From Clostridia bacterium (GTDB lineage Bacteria; Bacillota; Clostridia; Oscillospirales; CAG-272), in contig JAGALS010000038.1 in assembly GCA_017625065.1 (NCBI GenBank), forward strand, positions 7,139-71,138: a stretch of 64,000 bases of DNA, read 5' to 3'. The notes under the pieces were generated by a model. It was not told where the DNA came from. It searched no databases and worked only from the letters and a program-made list of their open reading frames with translations. Positions within the stretch are counted from its first letter, which is position 1; the number at the start of each line of letters is the position of its first letter. Below are positions 35,618-45,237 of this stretch, one piece after another. A program made the translations under genes and the position numbers.

Positions 35618-37381
35618 ATGGCACTGGATGCGGGATTTTTGGCGGCGATTGCCGCAGAAATAAGCCAAACGGCGATGGGCGCACGCGTTGAGAAGGTCTA
35701 TCAGCCCGAGCGCGATACCGTCGTTTTGCAAATGCGTACCTTTTCGGGCGGAAAGCGCTTGCTGATCAATGCGGGCTCTGCCAATCCGCGCGTCGGATTT
35801 ACCGCGATCCCGATGGAAAATCCGCAAAATCCACCGCAATTCTGCGTGCTTTTGCGAAAGCATCTGTCTGCCGCCAAGCTCATAGACGTCCGTCAGCTTG
35901 GCTTTGAGCGCGTTTTGGTGCTGGAATGGGAGACACGCGATGAGATGGGCTTTGCCTGTAAGAGATTGCTGATCGCCGAGATCATGGGCAAATACAGTAA
36001 TCTGATCTTCACCGATGAAAATGAACGCATCCTTGCGGTCTTACGTCCCGTGGACTTTACCACAAGCTCCAAGCGACAGGTCTTGCCCGGAATGCGCTAT
36101 GAGCTGCCCCCACCGCAGGATAAAAAGGATCCTCGTGACTGTGATGCGACCGCTTTTTCGGCAATGATGCGTGAGGCGGGAAATCTTCCCGTTGAAAAAT
36201 GGATCACCAGAGACTTTTTGGGCATCAGTGCTGTCTTAGCGCGCGAGATCGCATTGCCCGTATTGGGGCAAGCCGTATCGGCACTTTCGGAGCAAGAAAA
36301 AAGAACGGTCAATGACCGTTTTCAAGCTGTTTTTTCTATGCTGAAAAATGGGGAATATCAACCCTGTATCGCCTATGACGATGCGGGAAAGCCCGTGGAA
36401 TATGCATTTGTCCCTTTGATGCAGTATCAGCACCGCAAGGCGCATCAAAGCCCCTCGGAGCTGCTGGACGAATGGTTCGGCACAAGAGATCGCGAGGCGC
36501 GTATCAAGCAGCGCGCCGCCGATGTGATGCACATCGTGAACAATGCCTATACCCGTATTTTGCACAAGCTGGAGCTGCAACGCAGTGAGCTTGCGCGCTG
36601 TGAAGAGGGGCAGACCTACCGCAAGGCGGGAGACCTGATCGTGGCGAACAGCTACCGCCTTGAGCGCGGCATGAGCAAGGTGCTTTTGACCGATTATGAG
36701 GATCTGCGGGAGGACGGGAGCTTTGGCGAGGTCGAGATCGAGCTGGATCCCCGTCTTACACCAACAGCTAATGCCCAACGCTTCTATAAAAAGTATAATA
36801 AAAGTAAGACCGCCCGTGTCGAGCTTGGCAAGCAAATTGAGATCGGTGAAGGGGAGCTTGCGTATCTGGAATCGGTGCTGACTGCGTTGCATACCGCCGA
36901 AACGCCAACCGACCTTGCCGAGATCAGAGAGGAGCTGACACGCTCCGGCTATGCTTCACGCGGCAAAGTGATCCCCAACGGTCAAAAAAAGGCAGCAACG
37001 CCTTCCTTTGCCGAATACCGCACGTCGGGCGGATATCGGGTGCTGTGCGGCAAGAACAATCTGCAAAACGAGTATATCACCCATAAAATAGCCACTAAAA
37101 ACGACTTTTGGTTTCACGCCAAGAATATGCCCGGCTCCCACGTTGTGATGCTGCTGGAGGGCAAGGAAGAACCGGACGCGGCTGATTTCACCGAGGCCGC
37201 AAGCATTGCGGCACTCTATTCCGCAGCCGAGGGCGCGCCGATGACCGAGGTGGACTACACCACGGTGCGGCAGCTCAAAAAAGCGCCCGGGGGCAAGCCC
37301 GGATTCGTGATCTATCACACCAATTGGAGCGCCATTGTCAGCCCCGACAAGGAAAAGATCAACCAAATGCGCGTCAAATAA
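35618..37381 (+). CDS. rqcH: NFACT-family ribosome quality control protein RqcH (FbpA-like)
   Basis: The NFACT-N start is MALDAGFLAAIAAEISQ..ARVEKVYQPERDTVVLQMR. A central coiled-coil region follows. The C-terminal NFACT-R motif is DFWFHAKNMPGSHVVM. Confidence 0.85.
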   Translation: MALDAGFLAAIAAEISQTAMGARVEKVYQPERDTVVLQMRTFSGGKRLLINAGSANPRVGFTAIPMENPQNPPQFCVLLRKHLSAAKLIDVRQLGFERVLVLEWETRDEMGFACKRLLIAEIMGKYSNLIFTDENERILAVLRPVDFTTSSKRQVLPGMRYELPPPQDKKDPRDCDATAFSAMMREAGNLPVEKWITRDFLGISAVLAREIALPVLGQAVSALSEQEKRTVNDRFQAVFSMLKNGEYQPCIAYDDAGKPVEYAFVPLMQYQHRKAHQSPSELLDEWFGTRDREARIKQRAADVMHIVNNAYTRILHKLELQRSELARCEEGQTYRKAGDLIVANSYRLERGMSKVLLTDYEDLREDGSFGEVEIELDPRLTPTANAQRFYKKYNKSKTARVELGKQIEIGEGELAYLESVLTALHTAETPTDLAEIREELTRSGYASRGKVIPNGQKKAATPSFAEYRTSGGYRVLCGKNNLQNEYITHKIATKNDFWFHAKNMPGSHVVMLLEGKEEPDAADFTEAASIAALYSAAEGAPMTEVDYTTVRQLKKAPGGKPGFVIYHTNWSAIVSPDKEKINQMRVK

Positions 37382-37387
37382 AGGCGT

Positions 37388-38410
37388 TCAGTCGCCTTTT
37401 TTCGGCGGTTTCAGGTGTGAAAGGGGATTTTGTGCCATAGCTTCTTCCATACCCGCGTTGCTCACGTGGGTATAGATCTGTGTGGTGTTGAGCTGCTCGT
37501 GCCCCAAAATTTCCTTTAAAACACGCACGTCAACGCCGCCCTGCTGATACATCAACGTGGCGGCGGTGTGGCGCAGCTTGTGTACCGACAAATGACGGTC
37601 GCCAAGCCCCGCCATATCTAAATATTTATAGACCATCCATTGCACTGTTTTGACACTGATGCGCTTGCGCTGACCGCTGAGAAACAGTGCTTTTTCCTTG
37701 CTCGCAAAGGCATTGTCGTCTACCAATCGCAAGGGCAGATACGCAGACAGCGCCTCGCGGCAGGCATCGTTCAGGTAAATGATGCGTTCCTTGGCACCCT
37801 TACCCGTAACGCGCAGCGACCGCAGCTCCTTGTTGAGGTCCGACAGATCGATGCCGACAAGCTCCGATACACGCATACCGCAGTTTAAAAACAGCGTCAG
37901 AATGGTGTAATCGCGGATCACCGTGCGCGAGGAACGGTCGTTTTTGACGGTTTCAAGCAGGAGCAGTGACTCCTCAAGCGAGAGAAATTTCGGCAACGTC
38001 TTTTTGGGCTTCGGGGATTCAATGTCAGCCGCGGGATTGATCTCAAGCTGCTTTGTTTTGTTGACCAGATAGCGGTAAAACATACGGATCGAAACGAGCT
38101 TTCGCGCCTTTGCCGCCCATAAATTTTTGCGTACAGAGCCGGAATATTGCAAAAAGGCATAGATCTCGGAGGTGCGGATCGACCCCATAAAGCTAAGATC
38201 AAGGTGGCGGATATCCATGCACAGAAATTCCTCGGATTCGGGGTCTATGCCGTCGCGGCTGGCTATGATATAGCGAAAAAAGGTGCGCAGATCCAGCAGA
38301 TATTCGGATACCGTCTTGGACGAGCAGTTTTGAATGCCCGATTTGTAGGCGGCAAAATCCTGCACAAGGATCGGCATTTCCTTCAGCGGTACGGCGTACA
38401 TTTGACTCAT
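37388..38410 (-). CDS. Tyrosine site-specific recombinase, XerC/XerD family
   Basis: The catalytic pattern is present: GMRVSEL (Arg), HKLRHTAAT (His-x-x-Arg), LGHEQLNTTQIYTHV (His and Tyr). Confidence 0.85.
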   Translation of the reverse strand: MSQMYAVPLKEMPILVQDFAAYKSGIQNCSSKTVSEYLLDLRTFFRYIIASRDGIDPESEEFLCMDIRHLDLSFMGSIRTSEIYAFLQYSGSVRKNLWAAKARKLVSIRMFYRYLVNKTKQLEINPAADIESPKPKKTLPKFLSLEESLLLLETVKNDRSSRTVIRDYTILTLFLNCGMRVSELVGIDLSDLNKELRSLRVTGKGAKERIIYLNDACREALSAYLPLRLVDDNAFASKEKALFLSGQRKRISVKTVQWMVYKYLDMAGLGDRHLSVHKLRHTAATLMYQQGGVDVRVLKEILGHEQLNTTQIYTHVSNAGMEEAMAQNPLSHLKPPKKGD

Positions 38411-38474
38411 AATAACTCCTTTTTGATAAACGGGTAAGGGTTTTTCACAAAAATGTAAATATTTCGCGTTTTTC

Positions 38475-38503
38475 TTGCAATTCGTCTTGCATTTCGGTAT
38501 AAT
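38475..38503 (+). promoter_or_regulatory. Promoter of the membrane protein gene at 38534
   Basis: TTGCAA, a 17-nt spacer, then TATAAT. Confidence 0.55.
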
Positions 38504-38533
38504 GAAGAGAGAACTGTTGAAAGGAGGTCCTTT

Positions 38534-39118
38534 ATGAAGGACTTTTTCAAGCGTTATTCCTATACAGCATTCAAGCTGTTCCTCAATCAGTTTGCGATCG
38601 CCTTGTTTGGCGTCGGGCTTGCCTTTGCTTGCTCGGGTGCGGGCAAGAACGGCTTGCTGCTCGCGACCAGCATCGGCGCTGTGGTCTTTTATCTTTTTTT
38701 ACAATATACCGTTATGTGGGAGGTCGGTGCAAAGGATGGCATCAGCGCGACCGCAAGGGGAACATCCCGCGGGCTTTGGCGCGGCTTTGCCATCGGTGGG
38801 CTTGCAAATTCTCTCAATCTTCTTTGCGCGTTGTTTATTTTGCCTCGCGCTTTTGCGGCGGCAGGCACCGCGCTGTATCGCATCGGCGGCGCCTTTCAGT
38901 TTATCGCCAGAATGCTGCAGGGGATGTATATGGGCATTATGACAAGACCGTTCCACGGTGCACAGCTGCACGATTTCGCGTGGGTGTATTTTGTCATCAC
39001 CCTGCCCGCCATTTTGGTGTGCGGCCTTGCCTATATCATCGGTAGCTATAATTTGCATGCTACTAATATTTTAATCCCAAAGAACAAGGATGTCAAGAAC
39101 AACGGCAGACCTGAATGA
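38534..39118 (+). CDS. Hypothetical polytopic membrane protein (194 aa)
   Basis: RBS AAAGGAGG. There are about five hydrophobic segments and no motif I recognise. Confidence 0.6.
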   Translation: MKDFFKRYSYTAFKLFLNQFAIALFGVGLAFACSGAGKNGLLLATSIGAVVFYLFLQYTVMWEVGAKDGISATARGTSRGLWRGFAIGGLANSLNLLCALFILPRAFAAAGTALYRIGGAFQFIARMLQGMYMGIMTRPFHGAQLHDFAWVYFVITLPAILVCGLAYIIGSYNLHATNILIPKNKDVKNNGRPE

Positions 39119-39180
39119 AAATTTTTTCATTTAAACTCGATTTGTCAAGTATTTTGAATAAACGGTAGGGAGATTTTTCT

Positions 39181-39798
39181 ATGATCCGTGATTTGATCTA
39201 TGATTTTGACGGCACACTGTCCGATACCTATCCTGTACTAACGAACACTTTGCTCGAGATCCTGCGCGAGCACGGCATCGAGGAGGATTATAAGCGGGCA
39301 TATGCCAATTTCAAGATTTCGGTTGGTTATACACTTGAAAAATATGATATCGGTCTTGATATCAAGGCATTTACAGATCTGCTGCTCACGCGTTATCACA
39401 AGGCAGCTTGTACCGAATTACAGCCCTTTCCCGAAGCCAAGCAGCTACTTGCCGATGCCGTGAAAGCGGGGAAGCGCAATTTTATTTATACCCATTCGGG
39501 CAAGACCGTGTATGAATTTCTTGACAAATGGGGACTTTCATCCTATATCACCTTTGTGCTGGATTCGACCTATAACTTTCCCAATAAGCCCGATCCAAGT
39601 GCGCTGTTGTATCTGATTGAGCGCTTTGACATTGATCCCGCTACCGCTGTGATGGTGGGAGACCGTGAGATCGACGTTCGGGCAGGGGAAAATGCGGGTA
39701 TGGCAGGGTGTTTGTTTGATAGCGAGGGATTTTATCCCGATTGCAAAGTGGAATATTCGGTTAAAAGCCTTGACGAGATCAGGAAAATTTTTGAATAA
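39181..39798 (+). CDS. HAD-superfamily hydrolase (phosphoglycolate phosphatase-like)
   Basis: HAD motif I is LIYDFDGTLSDT. Motif IV is MVGDREIDVRAGENAG. Confidence 0.8.
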   Translation: MIRDLIYDFDGTLSDTYPVLTNTLLEILREHGIEEDYKRAYANFKISVGYTLEKYDIGLDIKAFTDLLLTRYHKAACTELQPFPEAKQLLADAVKAGKRNFIYTHSGKTVYEFLDKWGLSSYITFVLDSTYNFPNKPDPSALLYLIERFDIDPATAVMVGDREIDVRAGENAGMAGCLFDSEGFYPDCKVEYSVKSLDEIRKIFE

Positions 39799-39824
39799 CG
39801 TTTTCCAAAACAAGCAAAAATAAC

Positions 39825-39863
39825 GAGCGATTGAAGTTTTTTCTTCGATCGCTCTTTTGTTTT
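39825..39863 (+). terminator. Rho-independent terminator after the HAD gene
   Basis: 12-bp stem GAGCGATTGAAG / CTTCGATCGCTC, loop TTTTTT, followed by TTTTGTTTT. Confidence 0.75.
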
Positions 39864-39999
39864 ATAAATGTTCATATTTACAACACAAAATATTAATCTC
39901 TACTTGTTATTATTTTTATACTGTTTAAAATAGTTTTCAAAACCGCATAAAAAAGTAACGAAAGAATCCAAAACGAGTGCGAAAGTGAGGAGAAGCGAT

Positions 40000-40626
40000 A
40001 TGAATGATACGAATCTCGAAAAAGAAGCTGTAAAAACTCCGTTTTTTGTCAAATTGGCAAAGCTGATACGCGCGCTGACCGTACCACCCATTATGGTAAC
40101 GGCGCTTTTGCTGATTTTACTGTTTGGTGCAGATGTATTTCCCACTACGGTTGATTTCGTTTTATCGCTTGTGTTTCTTGCGATCGTTCCCGTTTTGGCA
40201 TACGTGGCACAAAAGCTGCTGCCAGGCTGGAAGGACGGGGGCCAAAAGGCGCAGCGCAAATTAGCATTTGTTTTCAGCATTTTGGGATATACGGCTGCCG
40301 TTGTCGTCAGTATCGTGAGGGATGCCATTCCCAATCTGCTTTACATTTCGCTTGTCTACCTTGTTTCGGTGGTCATTCTGACTCTGTTTAACTGCCTGTC
40401 GCCCTGGCACGCCAGCGGTCACGGCTGTAGCCTGATGGGACCGATCCTGCTCAGCTGCCTGTTTGTGGGCTGGTACGCCATCCCCGCGGGCGTGGTGATC
40501 TATTGCGCCTCGCTTTGGGCATCGGTGTATATGAAGCGCCACACCGTGCGTGAGTTTTTCCTTGGCTCACTTTCAGCTGTGCTTTCGTCGCTGATCTGCT
40601 ATTTCATCGTGCATCCGATCTTTTAA
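40000..40626 (+). CDS. Hypothetical polytopic membrane protein
   Basis: The ATG is preceded by GTGAGGAG. There are about six hydrophobic helices. SPWHASGHG faintly resembles a PAP2 PSGH motif, which is not enough for a family call. Confidence 0.55.
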   Translation: MNDTNLEKEAVKTPFFVKLAKLIRALTVPPIMVTALLLILLFGADVFPTTVDFVLSLVFLAIVPVLAYVAQKLLPGWKDGGQKAQRKLAFVFSILGYTAAVVVSIVRDAIPNLLYISLVYLVSVVILTLFNCLSPWHASGHGCSLMGPILLSCLFVGWYAIPAGVVIYCASLWASVYMKRHTVREFFLGSLSAVLSSLICYFIVHPIF

Positions 40627-40630
40627 AACA

Positions 40631-40670
40631 AAAGAAGCGGACGTGCCATTCGGCACGTCCGCTTCTTTTC
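40631..40670 (+). terminator. Rho-independent terminator
   Basis: 14-bp stem GAAGCGGACGTGCC / GGCACGTCCGCTTC, loop ATTC, followed by TTTTC. Confidence 0.8.
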
Positions 40671-40734
40671 ACTTTGCTTGCGTAAGGCGCATAGTCTGTG
40701 GATAGAAGTCTTTTTTTGTCGAAGGGAGACGGCT

Positions 40735-40968
40735 ATGGATACGGCTTTGCGCCTTTGTGATATAGCGCCGGGCGACTCGTGCGTGGTTCGTGAGCTCACG
40801 ACCACAGGAAGTATGCGCCGCCGCTTGCTGGATATCGGACTTGTAGAGAATACCCCCGTTTACTGCATCGGGAAAAGCCCGGGCGGCGATCCTGCCGCCT
40901 ACCTGATCTGTGGAGCGGTGATCGCTATTCGCGCGACCGATGCTGCGACGGTCTTGGTGAGTAGGTGA
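40735..40968 (+). CDS. feoA: Ferrous iron transport protein A
   Basis: RBS GAAGGGAGA. The small SH3-like FeoA sequence is LCDIAPGDSCVVREL...RRLLDIGLVENTPV. It lies directly upstream of feoB. Confidence 0.85.
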   Translation: MDTALRLCDIAPGDSCVVRELTTTGSMRRRLLDIGLVENTPVYCIGKSPGGDPAAYLICGAVIAIRATDAATVLVSR

Positions 40969-40974
40969 CGCGCC

Positions 40975-43119
40975 TTGGGGCTGACACTTCACTCCACGGG
41001 CGCCGCGGCGCTTGATTCGGGGCTTGAGATCAAAAAACACGCCGAAGGCGATCTTGTGATCGCCCTTGCGGGGAATCCCAACGTGGGGAAAAGCACGGTG
41101 TTCAATGCTTTGACGGGGATGCATCAGCACACGGGAAATTGGCCCGGAAAAACCGTCGCAAGTGTGCAAGGGTATGCGCGATCAGATGGGCAGGGCTTTG
41201 TGTTGGTGGATATTCCCGGCACCTATTCACTGATGGCGCACTCCGCCGAGGAGGAGGTCGCCCGCAACTTTATCTGCTTTGGTGAAACGGATGCGGTGGC
41301 TGTGGTGTGCGATGCGACTTGTCTGGAGCGCAACTTGAATTTGGTGTTGCAGATCATTGAGATCTCGCCAAGGACAGTCGTTTGTGTCAATTTGATGGAT
41401 GAAGCAAAGCGGAAGGGAATATCGATCGATCTGAAGCTGCTTTCCGACCGCCTCGGTGTCCCCGTTCTGGGTATGGTCGCGCGCCGAAAAAAGACGCTTT
41501 CGGCACTCCTTGCTACCCTTGACCGTGTGGCAAAAGCGCCGCGCAAGCATACGATCAAGGTGGAATACGATACCATTGTAGAGCAGAGTGTTGCATACGT
41601 TGAAAAAGCTCTTGCGGGGCGTGCTCTGCGCCGCTTGAACGCCCGTTTTCTTGCATTAAAGCTCCTAGATGCCGACCCTTCCTTTTTGCGCGAGCTTGAT
41701 GGCTATTTGGGCAATAATTTTCTTAATGAAACGCTTTCAGCGGCGCTTGTGGAAGCACGAGAAATGCTGTCAGAGTCGGGTTTTGATACTGAAACTCTGC
41801 GCGACAGCATTGTGACTTCGCTTTCCCAAACGGCAAAGGCGGTGGTGTCGGGTGCGGTGACCTATCGCGACGATCCGCGCGAAGGAATAGACCGGAAGCT
41901 AGACCGACTTCTGACGGGAAAATGGACGGCGTATCCCTTGATGATCCTTTTGCTTGCAGGTGTTTTGTTCATCACCGTGATCGGTGCCAATTATCCGTCC
42001 GAATGGCTCTCAAAGCTCTTTTCATTGCTCGGTATGTGGATGCGATCGGCACTGCTGTATATCAGCGCGCCGCCGTGGCTCATTGGACTTTTAATGGACG
42101 GCATTTATCTGGTTTTGACCTCGGTCATCTCGGTGATGCTGCCGCCGATGGCGATCTTTTTTCCGCTGTTTACCTTTTTAGAGGATGTGGGGTATCTGCC
42201 GCGCATTGCCTATAATCTGGATCGTCCGTTTTGCCGTTGCCGCGCTTGCGGCAAGCAATCGCTGACGATGTGTATGGGCTTCGGCTGTAACGCGGCGGGT
42301 GTCGTGGGGTGCCGTATCATCGATTCGCCGCGCGAGCGGCTTCTCGCGATCCTTACCAACACCTTTGCCCCTTGCAATGGGCGGTTTCCCACCTTTATCG
42401 TGGTGCTGACGGTGTTTTTTGCGGGGAGCGCCGTGGGCGCGGGTGCCACCTTGCGTGTGGCGCTTTTGCTGACCGCGCTGATCGTGCTTGGCGTGCTTGT
42501 GACCTTTGCGGCGACAAAGCTGTTGTCGGCGACCTTGCTTTCGGGTACACCGTCCTCGTTTACACTGGAATTACCGCCATACAGACCGCCGCAGGTCGGT
42601 AAAATATTGATCCGCTCGATCTTTGACCGAACGCTCTTTGTGCTCGGTCGCGCGGCGGTGGTAGCCGCACCCGCGGGAGCGATCCTTTATGCCCTTGCTA
42701 ATATCAAGGCAGGGGATATGACCTTGCTCGCGCACGCGGCGGCGTTCCTTGATCCGTTTGGGCAATTTTTGGGGCTGGACGGCAGTATTTTGCTTGGATT
42801 TATCTTAGGTTTTCCTGCCAATGAGATCGTGCTGCCGATCGTTTTGATGATCTACCTTTGTGATGGTGTGATGTCCGATCTCGGCAGTGTTGCAGAGATC
42901 GGTAACATCCTCGTAGCAAACGGTTGGACGACGGTGACAGCCATCTGTTTTTTGTTCTTTTCGCTGATGCATTGGCCTTGCTCGACCACAGTGCTGACCG
43001 TCAAAAAGGAAACGGGGAGCTGGGGCTGGACAGCGGTCGCAGTTATATTGCCGACGCTATTTGGTATCGCCGCTTGTGCGTTTGTGAACGGTGTCGCAAA
43101 TTTGTTTGCTTTCGTGTGA
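40975..43119 (+). CDS. feoB: Ferrous iron transporter FeoB
   Basis: TTG start. The N-terminal G-domain shows LAGNPNVGKSTVFNALTG and DIPGTYSL. A polytopic permease domain follows. Confidence 0.92.
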   Translation: MGLTLHSTGAAALDSGLEIKKHAEGDLVIALAGNPNVGKSTVFNALTGMHQHTGNWPGKTVASVQGYARSDGQGFVLVDIPGTYSLMAHSAEEEVARNFICFGETDAVAVVCDATCLERNLNLVLQIIEISPRTVVCVNLMDEAKRKGISIDLKLLSDRLGVPVLGMVARRKKTLSALLATLDRVAKAPRKHTIKVEYDTIVEQSVAYVEKALAGRALRRLNARFLALKLLDADPSFLRELDGYLGNNFLNETLSAALVEAREMLSESGFDTETLRDSIVTSLSQTAKAVVSGAVTYRDDPREGIDRKLDRLLTGKWTAYPLMILLLAGVLFITVIGANYPSEWLSKLFSLLGMWMRSALLYISAPPWLIGLLMDGIYLVLTSVISVMLPPMAIFFPLFTFLEDVGYLPRIAYNLDRPFCRCRACGKQSLTMCMGFGCNAAGVVGCRIIDSPRERLLAILTNTFAPCNGRFPTFIVVLTVFFAGSAVGAGATLRVALLLTALIVLGVLVTFAATKLLSATLLSGTPSSFTLELPPYRPPQVGKILIRSIFDRTLFVLGRAAVVAAPAGAILYALANIKAGDMTLLAHAAAFLDPFGQFLGLDGSILLGFILGFPANEIVLPIVLMIYLCDGVMSDLGSVAEIGNILVANGWTTVTAICFLFFSLMHWPCSTTVLTVKKETGSWGWTAVAVILPTLFGIAACAFVNGVANLFAFV

Positions 43120-43120
43120 T

Positions 43121-43163
43121 AAGAGCCCCGTCCGAAATTGGACGGGGCTCTTAATATTTTTTT
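43121..43163 (+). terminator. Rho-independent terminator after feoB
   Basis: 13-bp stem AAGAGCCCCGTCC / GGACGGGGCTCTT followed by AATATTTTTTT. Confidence 0.85.
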
Positions 43164-43254
43164 GTTCCAACTTTACTTTTACTTTTAAATGTGATATACT
43201 AAAATATATATGGCAAAAAATCGGAACAATACTGTAAAAAAAGGGGGGATCGCG

Positions 43255-45231
43255 ATGCATGACGGAAAATTCCAACTGAAAAGTCCGTTCAAGCCGACGG
43301 GCGATCAGCCGCAGGCAATCGACGCGATCACGCAGGGGCTGAACGCGGGGATGCGCTATCAGACGTTGCTTGGCGTGACGGGCTCGGGCAAGACCTTTAC
43401 CATGGCGAACGTCATCGAGCGAATGAACCGTCCCACCCTGATTCTGGAGCCCAATAAGACCTTGGCGGCACAGCTTTGCTCCGAGATGCGGGAGTTCTTT
43501 CCCGATGCCGCGGTTGAGTTTTTCGTATCCTACTACGATTACTATCAGCCCGAGGCGTATATCCCCGGCAAGGATATGTATATCGAAAAGGATGCCTCGA
43601 TCAACGATGAGATCGACCGTCTGCGCCACAGCGCGACGGCGGCGCTATTAGAGCGCCGCGACGTCATCATCGTGGCGAGTGTTTCCTGTATTTATTCGCT
43701 CGGCGACCCTGTGGATTACAAAAATATGATGCTCTCGTTGCGCCCGGGGATGGCGATGGACCGTGACGAGTTGATCCGCCGTTTGGTGGGTATTCAATAT
43801 GAGCGCAATGACCTGAATTTTGTGCGCACCAAGTTCCGTGTACGGGGTGATACCGTGGATATCTATCCCACGGGCGGCAAGGCAGACGTTGCAGTGCGCG
43901 TGGAATTTTTCGGTGACGAGATCGATCGCGTGTGCGAGTTTCGTGTGGTCACGGGCGAGATCCTGCGCGAGCTACGGCAGTTCAGTCTATTTCCCGCGAC
44001 ACACTATGCGGTTTCCGAGATCAAGCGCGAGGCGGCGCTGGCGCAGATCGGAGCCGAGATGCTGGATCGTGTCGCGTTTTTCAAATCGCAGGACAAGCTC
44101 ATCGAGGCACAGCGCATCGAGGAGCGCGTCAAATACGATCTGGAAATGCTGCGCGAGGTCGGATATTGCTCGGGGGTAGAGAACTATTCCCGTATTTTGG
44201 CGGGCAGGCCCGAGGGGTCAACGCCCTATACCTTGCTTGACTTTTTCCCCAAGGATTATTTGATGATCGTGGACGAATCCCACGTGATGCTGCCGCAGGT
44301 GCGGGGCATGAGCGGCGGCGATACGGCAAGAAAGCAAAATCTGGTGGATTTCGGCTTCCGCTTGCCGTCCGCCTATGATAACCGTCCCTTGTATTTTCCC
44401 GAATTTGAGGAGCGCGTGAACCAAGCCGTGCTTGTCAGCGCCACGCCTGCCGAATTTGAGCGTCAGCACTCCGAGCAGGTCGTTGAGCAGATCATCCGTC
44501 CCACGGGGCTGCTTGACCCCGAGGTCGACGTGCGCCCCATTGAGGGGCAGGTCGACGATCTGCTTGGCGAGATCCGCGTGCGCGCCGCAAAAAACGAGCG
44601 CGTGCTGGTCACAACACTGACCAAGCGTATGGCGGAGGATCTGACCTCGTATTTAGAGGAAAACGGTGTCCGTGTGCGCTATATCCACCACAACGTGGAA
44701 ACGATCGAGCGTATGGAGATCATTCGCGATCTGCGCCTTGGCGAATTTGACGTGCTGGTCGGCATCAATCTGCTCCGCGAGGGGTTAGACCTGCCCGAGG
44801 TGTCGCTTGTCGCCATTTTGGATGCCGACAAGGAGGGCTTTTTGCGCACCGAAACCTCGCTGATCCAGACCATCGGACGCGCGGCGCGAAATGCCGAGGG
44901 CAAGGTCATTATGTATGCCGACACGATCACGGGCTCGATGCAACGCGCGATCGGCGAGACCAACCGCCGCCGCAAAATTCAGGATGAGTACAATAAAGCG
45001 CATGGCATCGTACCGAAAACCGTTGTCAAGAGCATTCACGATATCATCGAGATCGGCAAGGCGGCAGACGATGCGGCATCGAAGAAGGGCAAGGAAAAGC
45101 TGACGCCCACGCAGCGCCAAAAGCTGATCGACACCCTCACCGCCGAAATGAAGGAAGCCGCAAAGAAGCTGGAATTCGAGCAAGCGGCATTCCTGCGTGA
45201 TAAAATTAAGCAATTGCGAGAAGAGAAATAA
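43255..45231 (+). CDS. uvrB: Excinuclease ABC subunit B
   Basis: RBS AAAGGGGGGA. The translation shows [17 protein letters not shown], Walker [13 protein letters not shown], and the C-terminal UVR motif [14 protein letters not shown]. Confidence 0.95.
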   Translation: MHDGKFQLKSPFKPTGDQPQAIDAITQGLNAGMRYQTLLGVTGSGKTFTMANVIERMNRPTLILEPNKTLAAQLCSEMREFFPDAAVEFFVSYYDYYQPEAYIPGKDMYIEKDASINDEIDRLRHSATAALLERRDVIIVASVSCIYSLGDPVDYKNMMLSLRPGMAMDRDELIRRLVGIQYERNDLNFVRTKFRVRGDTVDIYPTGGKADVAVRVEFFGDEIDRVCEFRVVTGEILRELRQFSLFPATHYAVSEIKREAALAQIGAEMLDRVAFFKSQDKLIEAQRIEERVKYDLEMLREVGYCSGVENYSRILAGRPEGSTPYTLLDFFPKDYLMIVDESHVMLPQVRGMSGGDTARKQNLVDFGFRLPSAYDNRPLYFPEFEERVNQAVLVSATPAEFERQHSEQVVEQIIRPTGLLDPEVDVRPIEGQVDDLLGEIRVRAAKNERVLVTTLTKRMAEDLTSYLEENGVRVRYIHHNVETIERMEIIRDLRLGEFDVLVGINLLREGLDLPEVSLVAILDADKEGFLRTETSLIQTIGRAARNAEGKVIMYADTITGSMQRAIGETNRRRKIQDEYNKAHGIVPKTVVKSIHDIIEIGKAADDAASKKGKEKLTPTQRQKLIDTLTAEMKEAAKKLEFEQAAFLRDKIKQLREEK

Positions 45232-45237
45232 AAATAT

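Noticed and set aside
37388-38410. Tyrosine recombinase as a marker of a prophage, integrative element, or invertible promoter controlling the nearby paralog array.
   Set aside because: There are no phage, conjugation or cargo genes on either side; the neighbours are rqcH and a small membrane protein. I found no flanking direct or inverted repeats around it or around the lipoprotein promoters. The sequence looks like a chromosomal XerC/XerD-type enzyme. I cannot exclude a distant target site.
38592-39045. Two alternative-frame ORFs (116 and 138 aa) overlapping the 38534-39118 membrane protein gene, plus minus-strand ORFs at 38689-39058.
   Set aside because: Only the 38534 frame has an RBS (AAAGGAGG) at the right distance from a promoter and encodes coherent TM helices. 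The others are Arg/Ala/Cys-rich translations typical of off-frame reading of GC-rich membrane-protein codons.
40678-40734. Longer FeoA ORF starting at 40678, as given in the ORF track.
   Set aside because: The first 57 nt begin only 8 nt downstream of the upstream terminator (40631-40670) and lack an RBS. The ATG at 40735 is preceded by GAAGGGAGA and gives a FeoA of normal size.
43164-43254. LexA/Cheo (SOS) box upstream of uvrB.
   Set aside because: The closest candidate, CGGAACAATACTGT (43222-43235), matches only the left GAAC half of CGAAC-N4-GTTCG. Nothing better is present, so I cannot support an SOS operator call.
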